The notes: a model not told the origin generated them from the sequence alone. DNA of 61,571 nucleotides, filler included, from Platydemus manokwari (GCA_037951405.1; 4 parts of 4 records of this genome joined end to end with filler, not necessarily neighbours in it), one strand, 5' to 3'; shown: positions 26,700 to 41,525, counted from the first letter of the whole stretch. Program-made: numbers and translations.

Positions 26700-28600
26700 T
26701 AACATTCTATGTTTCATAGACATTAAGAAGTATATTATACTGTTACCATAAAGTGTTGGCCTTTATGCTAATGAATAATTGATGTAAAACACCTTTCTAT
26801 CGAATAGATTCTAAAATATAAGTTTGCTATCAATAATTTATGGTTTATAAAACATTTTCAACTAACTCGCTCTAAATAAATTCTTGATAATTTCGAAATC
26901 TCCAAATGCCTCTTTAATGATCCTTGGAAATGTCTCGCTCGAATTTATACTGATTTGCTCTATGTTGTTGATATGAAATAATTATTTATTTTGTGCTGAC
27001 TGGTAATAGCTAATTCTGTCGCTATTGGTAGTGTTGTTGCCACAGTTGTTGTTATCCTTGTACTATGACGTGAGAAAATGAAGTGAAACTAACAGTTATT
27101 CTCTACAGGCTTTAATATTCTCAATGAACTCTCACCCAATACTATTTACCTCATTTGGTTTATTTTGTTCTCTATCATTCATTCATCGTTCAAACACTGT
27201 CTTAATTCGAAAATGATAATTCTTCTTGTTGATCTTCACTTATGTTTTTAATAGAGGCAATATTGTGAAAAGAAAAGTTCATCAATCATTAAAAATTTTT
27301 GATATAATTTCACATAGTATTTGTTGTTCTTAATTAATTCTTTATCGGTAGAAACATCAAATCTTCAATTGTATTACTTGGAAATGTTTCTAATATATTA
27401 GTCATTTGTAACCATGTAACCATAAACAATTTCATGATGATTTAACGAAGACTAATGATTGGAGAAGATTTATACCGAAATTACACATCTAGGTCATCCA
27501 CGTAGATTCTTCAAATTCATACTAACTCAAATAAATCGAAACATTTTATCTCTTATTGGCTGATTTGATCTCATGAAATATTAATGACAGTCAATTTAAA
27601 CTGACATATTGTGATGAAAAAAGTCAATGAATTGATATCATAAAGTACATTTATCAATGCAGATTTATCATCCTATAAATCACCTCACCAGTTAAATATT
27701 CCGTTGATATTTTTGCCATTAGCAACAGACCAATCTATCAATAAATATATTGCTGGATAGATAAAATATAGAGCTACAACACCTAATTTAAAATTGATCG
27801 TGGGTCATTTAAGAGAACAAAAGTTTCTTGTACGACATTTGATATACTGCTTAATGATTAATTTATTACATCTAAATATTCCTCACTAGACAATATTTAC
27901 CAATATCGATTATCACACAAATTAATTATTAAATAGATATTATGTCCAAGGGCTATACTAAGATATATGTTAAGATGTTGCCTTAAATTAATATAAAAGT
28001 TGATTTTAAATTTCTAAAATTACCTAAAGTTAAGAGGATTGAAATACATCACCATAATAAACTAGTTTAACATTTATATAAATTAATCATAAAGCCACGT
28101 GATTCATGTGACCCGTTACCATGCCAAGTGAAGAGATCACCATGGAATTTGGTCGTATAACAGAGAAAGGTCTCAAATTTAAATAACAATGAGATATATT
28201 TAAATAGAGTAGATAAACACTATTGGAAGTACGCTTGAATATTAGCAGCAAATGTACAAAACAAAAGTCACAATAAGTAAGAGAAATTTGAAGAATAAAT
28301 TCAGTAATAATTATCATCACTGTTATGTTTAATTCGGAACAATCCAAATAAATACTGTTCTGTTGACTCAATCTTTCGACCGATTGAACAAATCAATCTA
28401 AATGACATCAATTCCAATATTTCCGTCAGTATTAATTCTTTTGGATAACGTTCAAAGTGAAATTATTCTATAATATCTAACATGTGTAAATATCTTTGAA
28501 TAAATGAGCATTCTAAATTTACTTGACCGTTAATTTTATAAAAATTGAATACAATCGATCATCATTTATTACTCTTATACCACTTTGTTCTATTCGATAT
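26700..28600 (-). mobile_element. Highly decayed LTR-retrotransposon pol remnant
   Basis: Fragments resembling integrase G.P..IISD (RG*PRCVIS, ~27500) and a GPF-like tail (FGDFEII, ~26890), in pol order. Boundaries uncertain. Confidence 0.35.
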
Positions 28601-30159
28601 CTTCACAACGCGACATATTGAAAGAGTCAAAAATCTCACATTTGTTTCATTATTTATTGAATCGTTAATAAATATTTGTCGAATTATTTTTGGTTTTTTA
28701 CATTGTTACTATGTAGGTAATTAAGAGACAAGTTAGTAAAGCATTAAAAAAGTAAAGCATAATTGGGCAACTCACAAAAATACATTTCTATAAATCACAG
28801 GCAGCACTTTCAACAATAAACTATACCCATACCAAAAATTATGGACCGTAAAAGGCCGGTAATTCTTCTCTATTCTGTGTTGTGTTTGTGTTAAGCTGCT
28901 ACCTAAGGTTTTACTTTTCATATAAATGGTACATAGGGATACTCTTTGCTTTGTGTATCTGAGCAACAATATAATACTTCATGATTTCTATATTGAGTTT
29001 CCATCAACCTAATGAGTGAGAAGTTTCAAATCCTAATGTAATGTATCATTGATATCAAAAATATAATTATAGATATTATCGGTAAATAATTATGTATTAA
29101 TAACTCATGTTGAAGAATCCAGCCAAAGTATCAAATAACAGTTTTAAAAATATTATAAACATTACCCATTAATTGTTACATAGAATATCAAAACCAATTA
29201 TCTGACGTTTAATTTTTTGGTTTTGCAACCAATCGTTTGCTTAATGTTATCTATTAATTTGTTACAACACAAATCTAATGTGCATTCTTCAGTTATATCT
29301 GATGAAATTAATCTGAAAAATTTACTTGGTATGTAAATATTAATTCAGATAATATTTAGAAATACTTATGTGTTCGGTAATATTCCCTCTTTAAATCTCC
29401 GATATTTAAATCGATAAGGCAGTTTTATTATAACGTGGGTGAATGACACATTACAAAATCAATTTTATTTTCTGGTAATTATGAGACTTAATATTTTCAA
29501 TTTATGTATATTGGATCTCTTTTCCAGTTAAACTCTAAGCCGATTAATAATTAAATTAGACCATGTGTTGTTTTGTTGAAGAAATTGCTATATATACTAT
29601 GTGTGGGCGGATTTTTAAGTGATGTTTATTTTTAAAAATGAATTTAAAAGATTGGCTCAAGTTAAGAAAAAGGGTCATTTGACCTACTTTCGTTATAATA
29701 AATTTTCGCGCATAGCATAATTTGATAACTTAATTTTATATATAACTGTTATGATTGATTTATTCATATAATTCAGTTAATATCTCATTTTTTAAGATGT
29801 CTATTAGTGACAAAACAGTTTCCATTCTAATCACAACACTTCTATATCATTATTTGAGTTTTTAAATTAAAATTTTTATAATTATAAATCGAGTTAGTTA
29901 ATTACAGACATGTTTAATAATATCATCGCTTATTTTTATAAAATAATTGTTAAAGTTGAGAATATCCTGGCATATTCTCGCAGAAGATTTTTATTTGGAA
30001 ACGAGTTGGCGGGTACAAATATTTTCAGAATGACTGCTAAATATTTGAAATAGAAGCTTCTTTCAATCATAGATCACTTAGTTCAAAATCAAATTATATT
30101 AGTATTTTAATTAATATTATTAATTTTTAATAATATTTTAAAATTTCTTTTTTCATTAG

Positions 30160-32451
30160 ATAATACATGGGTAAAACAATGGGTCGCAATAAACTCCCAT
30201 GGTGATGTTTTAGTGTACGAAAATCTGGATAGCCACGGGAAACGATTCAAAATATTAAATCTTTTCCAAGATAAAACAACGCTGATATATGGACTCGAAA
30301 AAAGACTAAATAGAGTACGTTATAGTTGAAATGTTATCATTATTGTCATTGATTAATTTTATATTAAAATGAATTGATTTTTAATAAAATTTATCTTTTA
30401 ATATCCACAATTTGATTATATAGTTTAATATATTTTGTTGAATGAGACAAAATCTTGCAAAAGAAAAATGAATGTGTACCTTGGAACCCTTGTTTAACCA
30501 CTTTAAATATATGCATGTCTACATAACCATACAGGCATAGTTGACTTTGATGAAAAACGACAATTGAGAAAAGGACATAGCCTTATAAGAACTCACATAT
30601 ATAGGGATTGACCAATCTCCACACATTCAAAAACCAATAAGCTCAAAAGAAACATGGTAAAGTAAAAATCAGATCAAAATGTGATACTAGCGTGGCACAA
30701 AATTTACACACAGATCTCGTGTAAAGATGGCAAAGTTTTGGTTACTAGTTGAGACATTGTATCAAATTTGTAAATCATACTAAGTAGTACGTGTCTAGTT
30801 GGAAGTGAGGTTTTGGTTGCAACTTTGTGATAATTTGTGGTGGCTAGAAATAAAGCTTACAATCTTCGATTTTGCAGTCAGCATTTATGTGGTTATTCAA
30901 AATCAAGATCCCAACATTTTCTTTACCTATTATTAATTGATAGTTTTTCCCCAACAATTATCCGAGCTTATTGGATTCAAATTTGCCAAACATTTTTTCA
31001 TTATCAGTCATTAGAAATTGAAATATAACAAACAATTTTCTTTATTAATAATTTGAAATTAAAAAAATGTTGGTTATATTTTTTTATTTTTTGCTATTTT
31101 TTCTAAAATTGCTTCGATCGATCACTTATTAAAAATAGATTCTAAATTGAGTTGCAATTTTTATTAATGATAAAGGTTCAGTGAAGAATATTTCAAATTT
31201 TTATTTAAAATAATAGTATAATTAATTATAAATAATATTTGAAGTATATAGAAAATTCATATATATTTGTTTTGATAAACGACAATAATTTGTTATAATA
31301 ATGTTTACCTGTTCAATACTCGATATTAGAGAAATGATTCTTTTATTATGATCACTAAAGACAGTTTTGATTTCGCACTCTGTTATTATCATCAATTATT
31401 TATAATTGTTGTTTTTCTATGTCGGTATGTAAAAAATAAACTTAAAAATTAATTAGAAAAATTTTAAATAAATATACTTAGAAATGTTCTAAAAGAAAAT
31501 CATTAATAATTTACTTAAATCAAAAAATAAAATTAAAAAAAAATTCTAGAACAATTTGTTTAAATGTATCAATTTAATATTTGTAGGAATTTTATAAGAG
31601 ACCATTTTTGACAATGACCATCAGTCTTTGGCTAGGTAATCTTCATTATATTCTTTGATTTTTTTATGAATTATCCAACAGACAGCCTTTTGGTTGTCTG
31701 CTATTCTGTATTTGACTTTCGGGTGCTGATTCTGTCTTGAGTGATAATTTATTATTGCACGAAGATACGTTTTTAAATTTACGAATGGAATTTGTGATTG
31801 TGTAGTTGAAATTATAATTTTCAGGTTTTACTGTTAGCTAATGCCCAATATTTAGAACAGTTTTGTTTCCTTTTCAATGATAAACTGATAAATTTATTTA
31901 CAGCAATTTATAAATCATTCTTTGGGTTTATTAAGTGCATAAGCAATCAATACTATAACACATGTAGCATTGCCATTCGCTAATTTAATTTTGATCAAGG
32001 CTTTAAAGATAAATAATATCATTATAATTAACGGAATTTAATATTTTCATCGATTAGAAAATCAAGCTACATGAACCTATTCATGAAGTGAATATATTCC
32101 ACTTGAAAAGTGATTGTTCCAAATTTACGTTTGCAACTGAAACAAATTTAAAGTACCGAGAATGGACTGAAACAATTGAAATCATGTTGAAAGTTAGTTT
32201 TAAACGAAACTGAAGTTGATATTATAAAAGATTTAATAAAAATTGATTTATGAAAATGTTAAACATTGATAAGCAATTGTTTTATATAATTGTAGCAATT
32301 TCCAGAAGACATAAATGAACTGGAAAATGAATGTTCTCTTCATCCCTGCGTAAAACCTTATATGGCAAAATTCAATTCTCAATTTTCCATTTATTTTCTC
32401 AATGTTTTTTGATTTTTTATTAACGAATATTGTTAGAGGTTTTGGCTGTGA
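30160..32451 (+). CDS. Small PH-domain protein (5' exon not located)
   Basis: Phase-compatible exons 30160-30314 (DNTWVKQWVAINSHGDVLVYEN...RLNR), 32058-32192 (KIKLHEPIHEVNIFHL...FTFATETNLKYREWTETIEIMLK), 32296-32349 (QFPEDINELENECSLHPC) and a probable last exon 32437-32451 (RFWL*). The W.K.W...L.Y strands and the F.a.t....eW...I helix are PH-fold hallmarks. Confidence 0.68.
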
Positions 32452-35229
32452 ACTTCATTTACAGATTATATAACAAGATAGATGATGACTTTAATAAAAT
32501 AAATCAGCTTTTCACTTTATTATTTCATTTTATTAATCATGTATAAAATGATATTATTATAAATTATTATATTATTTTAAAATTTTAACTTAAAAATTCC
32601 CATTTGATTATCTCAGATCCTATAAATGATATATGATCAATTTAATAAGGAATCTATTTATATAAACCTCTAATAAATTTGAGGTCTTGTAATAATTGTT
32701 CATAAATAATATTAACTTATTAATTAACAGCATTAAATTTTCTCATTCTATTAGTCGAAATGCATTGTTTATCATTCGTACGGGTTCATTGAAAGATAAA
32801 CTTTACGTTTAACCATTATTTATAATTATCAATAAATGATCATCGAATACAATACTAACTCTATAAGATTCCCGGATTTAATTAGGCATCAAACTAGGTC
32901 GAGGCTTCAAATCTCATTAGTACATATTATATACACTATATACACTATTGTAAGATTTTAGTTGTGCACATTTACGAGTCCAACTTGTGATTCTGTCGTT
33001 TAAATTATAATTTTCATGTTATATTGTTAGTTAATATTCAACATTTAGAATAATTTTTGTTCCAATTTCTTTTTCAAGGACATTTAATGATTCACTACGC
33101 ATATGATTTTTAAAATGTTATAGTAATAACTTAGAGTAATCAACAAAGTACATTAATGAATCGCTAGTAGCCTTGAATGTATAATAACTTTATAAATCTT
33201 AGATCTTAATATACATTCCTGAATTTGATTAATTTAATCATGAAATTTGCGGATAAAAAAACAATTATATGGAATTTGCTATTGTAATTATTTCAAGCGT
33301 TCATTGTCCATGAATCATATGAAACTTTTCGAGAATTCCTCAGTTATTACTCTGCAACTGTGAAAAAGTGTAAATATGAATCACATATGATACATATGAT
33401 TGTTGGTTTCAATGGCTATGGAATTACAGATAACTGACATTATTAAATATTGAATGATAATGAAAGTCCGATTAATTTATGTAAAGCAGTAAATTATTGT
33501 TCCCTTTTTTACCGATATTAGTGTTCTAGAAATTTTTAATTTATTCTCGAAGAATTATCAAATCTACCGCCTTGTTTTAAATTTTATTTTCATTAATAAT
33601 GATATTGTAAAAGATAAAATTTATTTTATAATTATTATAAATTTAATTTATTTCGAGAGATAATAACATTGTATATTTACTGATATTAAGTCAACAATAA
33701 TAATAATAATATTTTTTTAAAAATAAGATTTATTGACATGAAAAAAATGTAATATTTCGCCTGTTTTTGATTTGGTCTTCTTATACATTAAAATTGTCTG
33801 TCAGCGAAGCTAGTATCGATGTAGCTTGTCGACAATAAATTCCATGTTCAGCATTCGATCGTGTCTTTGACTGAAGTTGACATTCATTTTGAGCCCGAGG
33901 TACCAAGAAGTCTTGAACTAAAAAGCGCAATATATATTTCCACATACTTGAATTAAAAAAAAGAGGAAAGACAAGGAAGAACATTATTAAGCTGGGACTA
34001 AGCTCATACTATATAAAAATTCTAGTCAAAGCAGATAATTTCTTTATAAAATAAAGGCTATTAGAGTAATGGTTATGCTGGACATTACCTTTATACATTG
34101 ACAAAAGGAAACACAATCTCGTAACTAATAAAAAGCCATTGTAGAACACCACTCCTGGTTGACTGAGTCATATAAAAATATAAGAATACAAAAACCAATT
34201 TGTATAGTGAAATTTCTGTTTTCCTTTTTGCTATTTCCATTTTTTACTTTATTGAAGTAACAAATCGTTAATTTTTTCAGAAAAATTGTCAAGAATTTTA
34301 AAATAATGTTTCATTAATCGGAATCTTAAGACAAAATTTTTTTTATCATTTCCATCATTCTGGATAACCAATCATCTATGAATTATCTTATTCACAGTGC
34401 AATGGATAACATTGTATATTATATTCATAAAATATTTTTGATAAAAGCCATAATTTTGATATTAACAATGAAAAAATATATATATTTTTGTGGTTGATTT
34501 TTGAATGTGTATATTTCTTTTGTTTTAAAAACAATATTTTAAATTACATCATTGTTGATGTTCATTGTTGGAAATACAATACATATTGGTTAATATAGTT
34601 TTCTTTTCAATGATAGATCTTGTTATAACTGAAACAATCATTACAACAGTGACCTGGGAGTTACTTGTGAACGCCCGATCAAAGTTTTTGACAAATATTT
34701 GACCTAAAATAGGTCAGAATTCGATTGATTTTACCACTGATAAATATTTTAGACTTTTAATTTTGGACCACCCATATTCAGTACTTGTTTAATAAATTTC
34801 CACAATTTTTCTTATCTATAACGGGCTAAAATTTTACTAATGTGTGTTCATTCTTATTTAATTATATTCCTCACATTATTCTCTATTGATTGGTTTCCAT
34901 TTTTAATTATAGTTTTGTTTATTAATTTAGGAAATTTGATTTTTAATTAAGTAATTTTTAATTATTAAGGTCATTATCATTTAAGAATTTTTAATTGATT
35001 TTTTTGGTTTCATTAAATATTTTTGTTGGGATTTTTATGTTAAATTATTTTTATTATAATAAATTATCTTAGTTATAATTGATAGAATGAATTAATTTTA
35101 CAACTACTTATATTATTATTATTATTATTTATTTATTAAATATTTAAAAATCTAATCATATGATAATATTATAATAATAACTAAAATTGATTATAATTGA
35201 ACATAAAACAATGAATGATTAAACTATTA

Positions 35230-36460
35230 CCACAGTAAGCAAATAGAATAATGTCGTTATTTTATTCGAAAACTAATTTCACAAATTTAAACAAACATTT
35301 CAGACATTTCCCAACTTTACTCGTCCATTGTTTCATGACAAAACCTAAAGTAAATTCTTGATTTATTCGTTCATTTTGCACCTTCAAAACTTTTGTCACG
35401 ATTAGTGAGCATTGATTTTAGGACAACGAACCTTTAAATCCAATCATTGATTACTGAATTATAAATACTAGTTTCATCTTGTCCGGTAAGTGTTAATAAA
35501 CTAATCTGTTTATTGAAGTGATCAACAATAACTAATACGAATATGAAATTTCTGAAATTCTAGTTCAATTTTAGGAGATATGTTTGGCCAGTAGTAAATA
35601 TTTTTAAATATAGGCATTTATTTTTTACTGTCAATATAACATAACTCTTCCAGGAGGTATCTAGTTAACTTTTGCGAATGGGATTCTTTTTATAATAATT
35701 CGTTTATTTCCATTGTCATTATACAAGACGACTTTTTCAACAGCTTGCCCCTCTCTAAATTAAGAAAATATTTACTTTCTAATTTCCAATTTTTGCAACC
35801 ATTTTTTAATGACGATATCAGACTTTTAAACTTATCTTAATTCATCGGTTCAAAAGATTAATTGTCCAAATACCGTAGTTAACCCATTGGTATTACGTTA
35901 AATATGAGAACATCACTTAATCTTGAAAGTCTATCTGTATTTACATGATCAGTTCTCTTGCCATATTGGAAATTGAAACTGAATCCTGATAAGTTGGCGA
36001 ACTATGTTTAAAACCAGAGTCTAATAGGTTTATTGGTTTTTCCCATGTTGTCAATGCATTCTTATAATTTTTGGACATCATCACATAAATCGATTAACGA
36101 CAATAATTAATCATATCCTAGAAACGATCTAAATAAATTACTTCTTTAATATTCTTTATTTTATCATCGTTAATATTTTAACATTCTGCACTAATTGAGT
36201 GACTAATTAAATTTCTTGGTGCCAAATAAATAATATAGATTTTCAGCCAGAAGCATTTAATCAGACTGATAACTTGATCGAGTCTTATATGATGTTCCTC
36301 AAATATCTATCGTCGAAAAAATTATTTTCCCATTCAATGATTCTAGTAACCCTTAAACATTTGGTACCGGTAAAATAATTTTTTCGTTTTGTTCTTTTAA
36401 TTTCAGAAAATCTAGGAATATTTTGAAAGATTTATTTTAATGAAAATATTATTTTTAAAT
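35230..36460 (-). mobile_element. Ty3/Gypsy pol remnant (RNase H + integrase)
   Basis: LSGFSFNFQYGKRTDHVNTDRLSRL (RNase H C-terminal aD.LSR) and QDETSIYNSVINDWI*RF...MLTNRDKSF (integrase), similar to the 21560-22540 copy. Confidence 0.7.
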
Positions 36461-38435
36461 ATCATATTGATTCAACCACACTGACGAGATAGACAAAGGG
36501 AGTTAATAAACTTTGTTTTCCCCATCTTTAAATGATGAATATTCTAAATCTTCTACGTCACTCTCATTTTGGATATATTCCTTATCATTTATGCAATTGT
36601 GCTTCTACTATATTCTATTTTTTGTATCCAATAATATTTTCTCAACGTATGTTCTTATCTACGCTATATCAAGTATTTTAAAGTGGGAAATCAAACTTAT
36701 GATGTCCCATTTCACCACATAGAAAAATAAGCTCATAATTCAAATTTGTGCTTCACTCATTTCGAATTGTGTGGATTGACTATTAAGAACACGGATTAAA
36801 TAATCTTTTATGGAATGTCAATTGATATACTCTGGTCAGGTGATAGATATTATATGTGAAGAGGGTTGTTGGCTTGTTAGAATGTGTTGGAAGTCAGTTG
36901 TTAGTTTTGGTAAGTGACGCTTATGATGAATTGAATAAGAATATATTTGTAACTATGTGAAGATTCTTTTAGCAGGAAGTTTATTTGGGTTTTAGCAATT
37001 TCAAAGTGAAAGCAATCAGTGTCGACATCAGAACCAAAGACACAAAAATATTGGCCAAGACGATCAAGAACTTTTGACGTTTAACCAAAGGTTGTGGGTC
37101 ATCAAATGATGATGTGATTATCAGAGTCAGCTTCAGTTTAACATAATCGGTACAGTTGTGATTTTCCTATCTTTGCGAAGTATAAAGCATAGTTATTTTG
37201 GAGTCTTTGAATGAAGATCCAATCTTCATGACGCAGTTGAGAGTTTTTTGATGAGCTTTTGAGTCAGAAAAGATAGAAATAGGTCTGCTTTGTCTTCAGA
37301 GCTTTGACCATCCATCAAACAGTACCATCAATAGTACCTAATTGTTGAGATCCAAAAGAAGACCAAGATTGAAATCGGTGACACCTACGGGTTAAGTTAT
37401 GATAATTTCCCGAAACCTCTGAGAAAGATGAAGGTAAAGATTCGATATGATTTCGATGTCACAGATGATGAAATTAAGTATTTTTGAGATGCAAAATTTT
37501 TTAGTTTCAACAAATGTTAGCAATAGAGGCTCAAAAGATCGACAATATAGACAGATTTATCATAAATAGAAAGGTCAATTCACTCCAAGTCATAAGGGTA
37601 GTGCCACATTTTTTCTCAAGAAGTTCGAGCTATTCACCAGTTCTGTCAATGACTACAGTATCATTAGCATAGGCTAGAGGTTGAGAAAGCTTTGTCAAGC
37701 TTAACAAAAGGGTCAGATAGTTCAAGTGATTACCGTATATTTAATCATAAGATTTTGACAAGTATTCAGATTTTTTGGGAATTTGTGCTGAAATCCATAT
37801 ATTAGTATTTTAATGTAAATTATAATAAATATAAGTTTGTTTAAATTGGTTGTAATGGAAAACTATAGAAAGAGTATTTTCTTTTGATCGACCAGTTTCT
37901 AGTTAAGTCTTAAAAAATTAATAATAGAGGTACGTTGCCAAATATATATAACTCGTGAATTGATTACTTATAAACACTCGGAGTCTTTATTAAATCCAGA
38001 AATTCAAGTAGATTAAATTTGTCATTTTTGTAGCTGTAAAAATTTTGCACATCATTATTATCTACTTATCATAACATCTACTTACTACTTCTAATATAGT
38101 TTTAACAAATCAATATTAACCAGGCTCTAATATTATCATTCTCTGCTTAATGCCTTCTAAATATTAATCAAATCATTACAATCTTCACATAACAAATTTT
38201 AATTCTATCATTTAATTAACCTGTTTAACTCATGCGTGTAACCATATCATTTTGTTTAACAATGCATGATACATATAACACGTAATACAGAAAAATTTAT
38301 TATTCATAATATATATATTCAGTGAGTCTATCATAATTTTTTAAACAAAAAAATTGAAAAGAAAAAATCTTGGTGAATGAATACCTAAAAAATAATAATA
38401 ATATAAATTACACAATTACAGAGAAAGATAAAATC

Positions 38436-40205
38436 TTAAAAAACAATGTTTATATCCCTCTGACAGACGACACATTTGCTGATACTGTTCATAATGTCTG
38501 TTTGGGTTTTCAAAACCTTTCCTTGTGCTTTAACGAATTGGTTTTCTGAATCCACAGCAGTCATATAATATGATACTCCATCACGCCAGTGATTGCAATT
38601 ACTATATTGATTGTTACACTCTATGAATGGAAGTGATCGAAAATGTTTTATACAGCTGCCTGGTGAGGAAAATGGTTGATTTGAACTTGTTCTTGATGTC
38701 TGGACAGCCTAATTGTGTGGTGTAATATTAAAGAGAAATTTGAAATTTTTGAACAAACCATGGGAAAACTGAATCCTGACCATAATTTTTGCCACCCGTT
38801 CGGACATTTAGTCAATTGCCAATCAGATCTTTGGGAATGAAAAGCCATTACTGTGGTCTTGGTTTGGCAAACTGAGCATCTAATAAACAAATATGTATCT
38901 TACTTGATATATACGTTGAAAATAGCGAATATATTCAAATTATTTCCAAATTCTAATCTATTTTCGCACATGACGTTATTTTAAGCGTACCTTGATATAT
39001 AATCATCCATTTTATCCGGTGGCTGAGGCGAAGACATATAACTCTGAAGAGTGGAAAGCCAATATGACCTTGAATTTCTCATATTGATGTGACAGCGACC
39101 TCCATAAATTGTGTTTCGTTCAAGAAAACAATTTACAAAAGGAATGGTAGAAAAATTTCTTAAACATGAACCCGATGTTCCTTATGATAAAATATTATTA
39201 TTTCGGATAATTTTAGGAGAATTTTACCCAAATCCATTGTAACAGAATCTGAATCATCGTGAATAGATAATAAACTATACCCATTATACAATGGGGCTGT
39301 TCCGTCTGGACAAAGAGGAAAATCTTTATTTTGTGAATGGGTAGCGTAAAGTAAGCCGTTATCACCGAAACCGATGGGACCTGCGGGTCCTATGTCACCA
39401 TCTTCTCCGATTTCTCCCTTTTCTCCTTTGTTCCCTTTTATTCCCAAATCACCATTTAAGCCTAAGTCTCCAATAATTCCTGTTTTTCCTTTATTCTCAC
39501 TTTGACGTCCTTTAGGTCCTTTATCTCCTAAATCACCAACCTTCCCAGGACGACCTTAAAGAAACATTTCATAATTATATAAAATTAAAACGTTATATAC
39601 CAGGAAATCCAGGAAGCCCTTTTTCACCTTTTAAACCGCGATATCCAACCATTCCTACAAATCCTTTATCGCCTTTAAATCCTAATCCTGGAGGACCTTT
39701 GTCTCCTTTATTACCTATATCTCCAGTTACTCCTAATAAGTTGGTTAATTAGAAGCGATAAAAATAATGTAGTCGAATACCCATAGATCCTGGTAGCCCT
39801 GGAGTTCCAGAATAACCACGATTGCCTTTAATGCCTTGGTCTCCAATGATACCCATTTTTCCATTCAGACCGATATCTCCTACAAATCCTTTGTCACCTT
39901 TATCACCCATAATACCTTTCATTCCAATTTCTCCAATATTGCCAATCCGTCCAAGATTACCAATATCTCCTTTTAATCCGGAATCACCTTTAGTTCCTTT
40001 ATTTCCCAGACTTCCAGGAATTCCAGGTATTCCTTTGTCACCATATTCCCCTTAATTCAAGTAATTTATTAGGATGAACTAATTTCAAAAACAATTTTAC
40101 CTGGAAGCCCATTAGGTCCACGAGGACCGGAAATACCCTTACGTCCAGTGGTTCCAAACACAGATTCCCCTAATTCACCCTTTAAACCTTTTGTACCATC
40201 GAAGC
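38436..40205 (-). CDS. COL4A: Type IV collagen alpha chain, 3' part (Gly-X-Y repeats + NC1 domain)
   Basis: Exons 40205-40101, 40050-39781, 39732-39601, 39554-39228, 39180-38991, 38879-38759, 38708-38436 (TAA), all GT-AG and phase-consistent. NC1 motifs HSQ...CPDGT..LYNGYSLL...DLGTSGSCLRNFSTIPF...SYWLST...ISRCSVC and FHSQ..CPNGWQKLWSGFSF..SPGSC..FRSLPFIEC..ISKCVVC. The 5' part is lost in the gap. Confidence 0.96.
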
Positions 40206-40270
40206 CTAATGAATATGTAATTAAGCCAACAACTAGTTTTAATGTTGACTTAGAAATAATTTTAGATATA

Positions 40271-40370
40271 NNNNNNNNNNNNNNNNNNNNNNNNNNNNNN
40301 NNNNNNNNNNNNNNTTAATTAATTAANNNNNNNNNNNNNNNNNNNNNNNNNNNNNNNNNNNNNNNNNNNN
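40271..40370. other. Artificial contig linker (N44-TTAATTAATTAA-N44)
   Basis: Same spacer design; followed by a further N-run 40390-40542. Confidence 0.97.
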
Positions 40371-41525
40371 GGTGTGGAGTGAAATTTGANNNNNNNNNNN
40401 NNNNNNNNNNNNNNNNNNNNNNNNNNNNNNNNNNNNNNNNNNNNNNNNNNNNNNNNNNNNNNNNNNNNNNNNNNNNNNNNNNNNNNNNNNNNNNNNNNNN
40501 NNNNNNNNNNNNNNNNNNNNNNNNNNNNNNNNNNNNNNNNNNATAAATTTATATAATGTGATACAGAAAATATAAAGAATATTAAAAATATCAGATATAC
40601 TGTGGATAAATAAATAGAGAATTCGTTAATAAGAAATGTGAAAAAAATCAAAGATTTTAAAAAAGGAGATATCAGGCTTTGAAAATCAATTATTATATTT
40701 ATATGATCTTTTTAAATATAAAATATATTTATAATAATACATATAAATAGTCATTTGAATTTGTGTGAACATTTTGATTTGAAGTTCTTAAATTCGTCTT
40801 CAATTTATATTTTCTGAAATAATGGCAGCTAACTATAATAATTTTTCATTACTCTAGTTGACATGGAGTGAACAATATTTATATATTAATTTATCTTAAT
40901 CATTATCTTAATTCACAAAACTCATCTCATCATCTATATTTTAAACAAGGCGCTCTTATATAACTGTTTGATGTTGTCTCGAATAGTACATAATTTCGAT
41001 TAAATCAGCTTTCGCATAAGTTTGATCGAGTGTAGAAATAGTTTCAGGAAATCATAAAATATTCTCTGCGACATAAAGAATTCTTCAAATGATGCTTAAA
41101 TATGAAATTCCCTTATGTGTCAATTGATATATTGCCACAAAATAAATAATATGTTGAGTTTTTGTGTTTAATCCTTTACACCTATAAGCCCTGTGCTGCA
41201 AAACATTAAGTATTGCAGAATTATTCATAAATCTATTAATTTGATATTTTGCATTCATTTGTAAATATTAAAATTTATATCTTTGATCGTGACGCCAATT
41301 ATTTATAGCTCTCTTGGTAATATTTTAATTTGTTTAAAAATATTTGTTTTAGAAATAAATATTCTAAAATTCTTAATGAATTGTTCTAATAATTCTCAAA
41401 ATTTATGATGTACTACAAGTTTAGAACTGTTAAGTTATAGCTTAACATTTTATGCATGAAGTGAAAATGCTATTACACGCTGCTTTATATGTCATATACA
41501 CAGTTTTTATCTTGTTTCTTTGTAG

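Noticed and set aside
24982-32451. Joining the USP exon to the downstream exons as a USP-PH fusion
   Set aside because: An artificial contig linker separates them, the splice phases are incompatible (0 vs 1), and no His box follows.
39822-40055. Pro-rich P-x-x repeat ORF on the + strand
   Set aside because: Antisense of collagen Gly codons.
40319-40651. ORFs spanning N-runs (also 45955..46190)
   Set aside because: Artefacts of assembly gaps.
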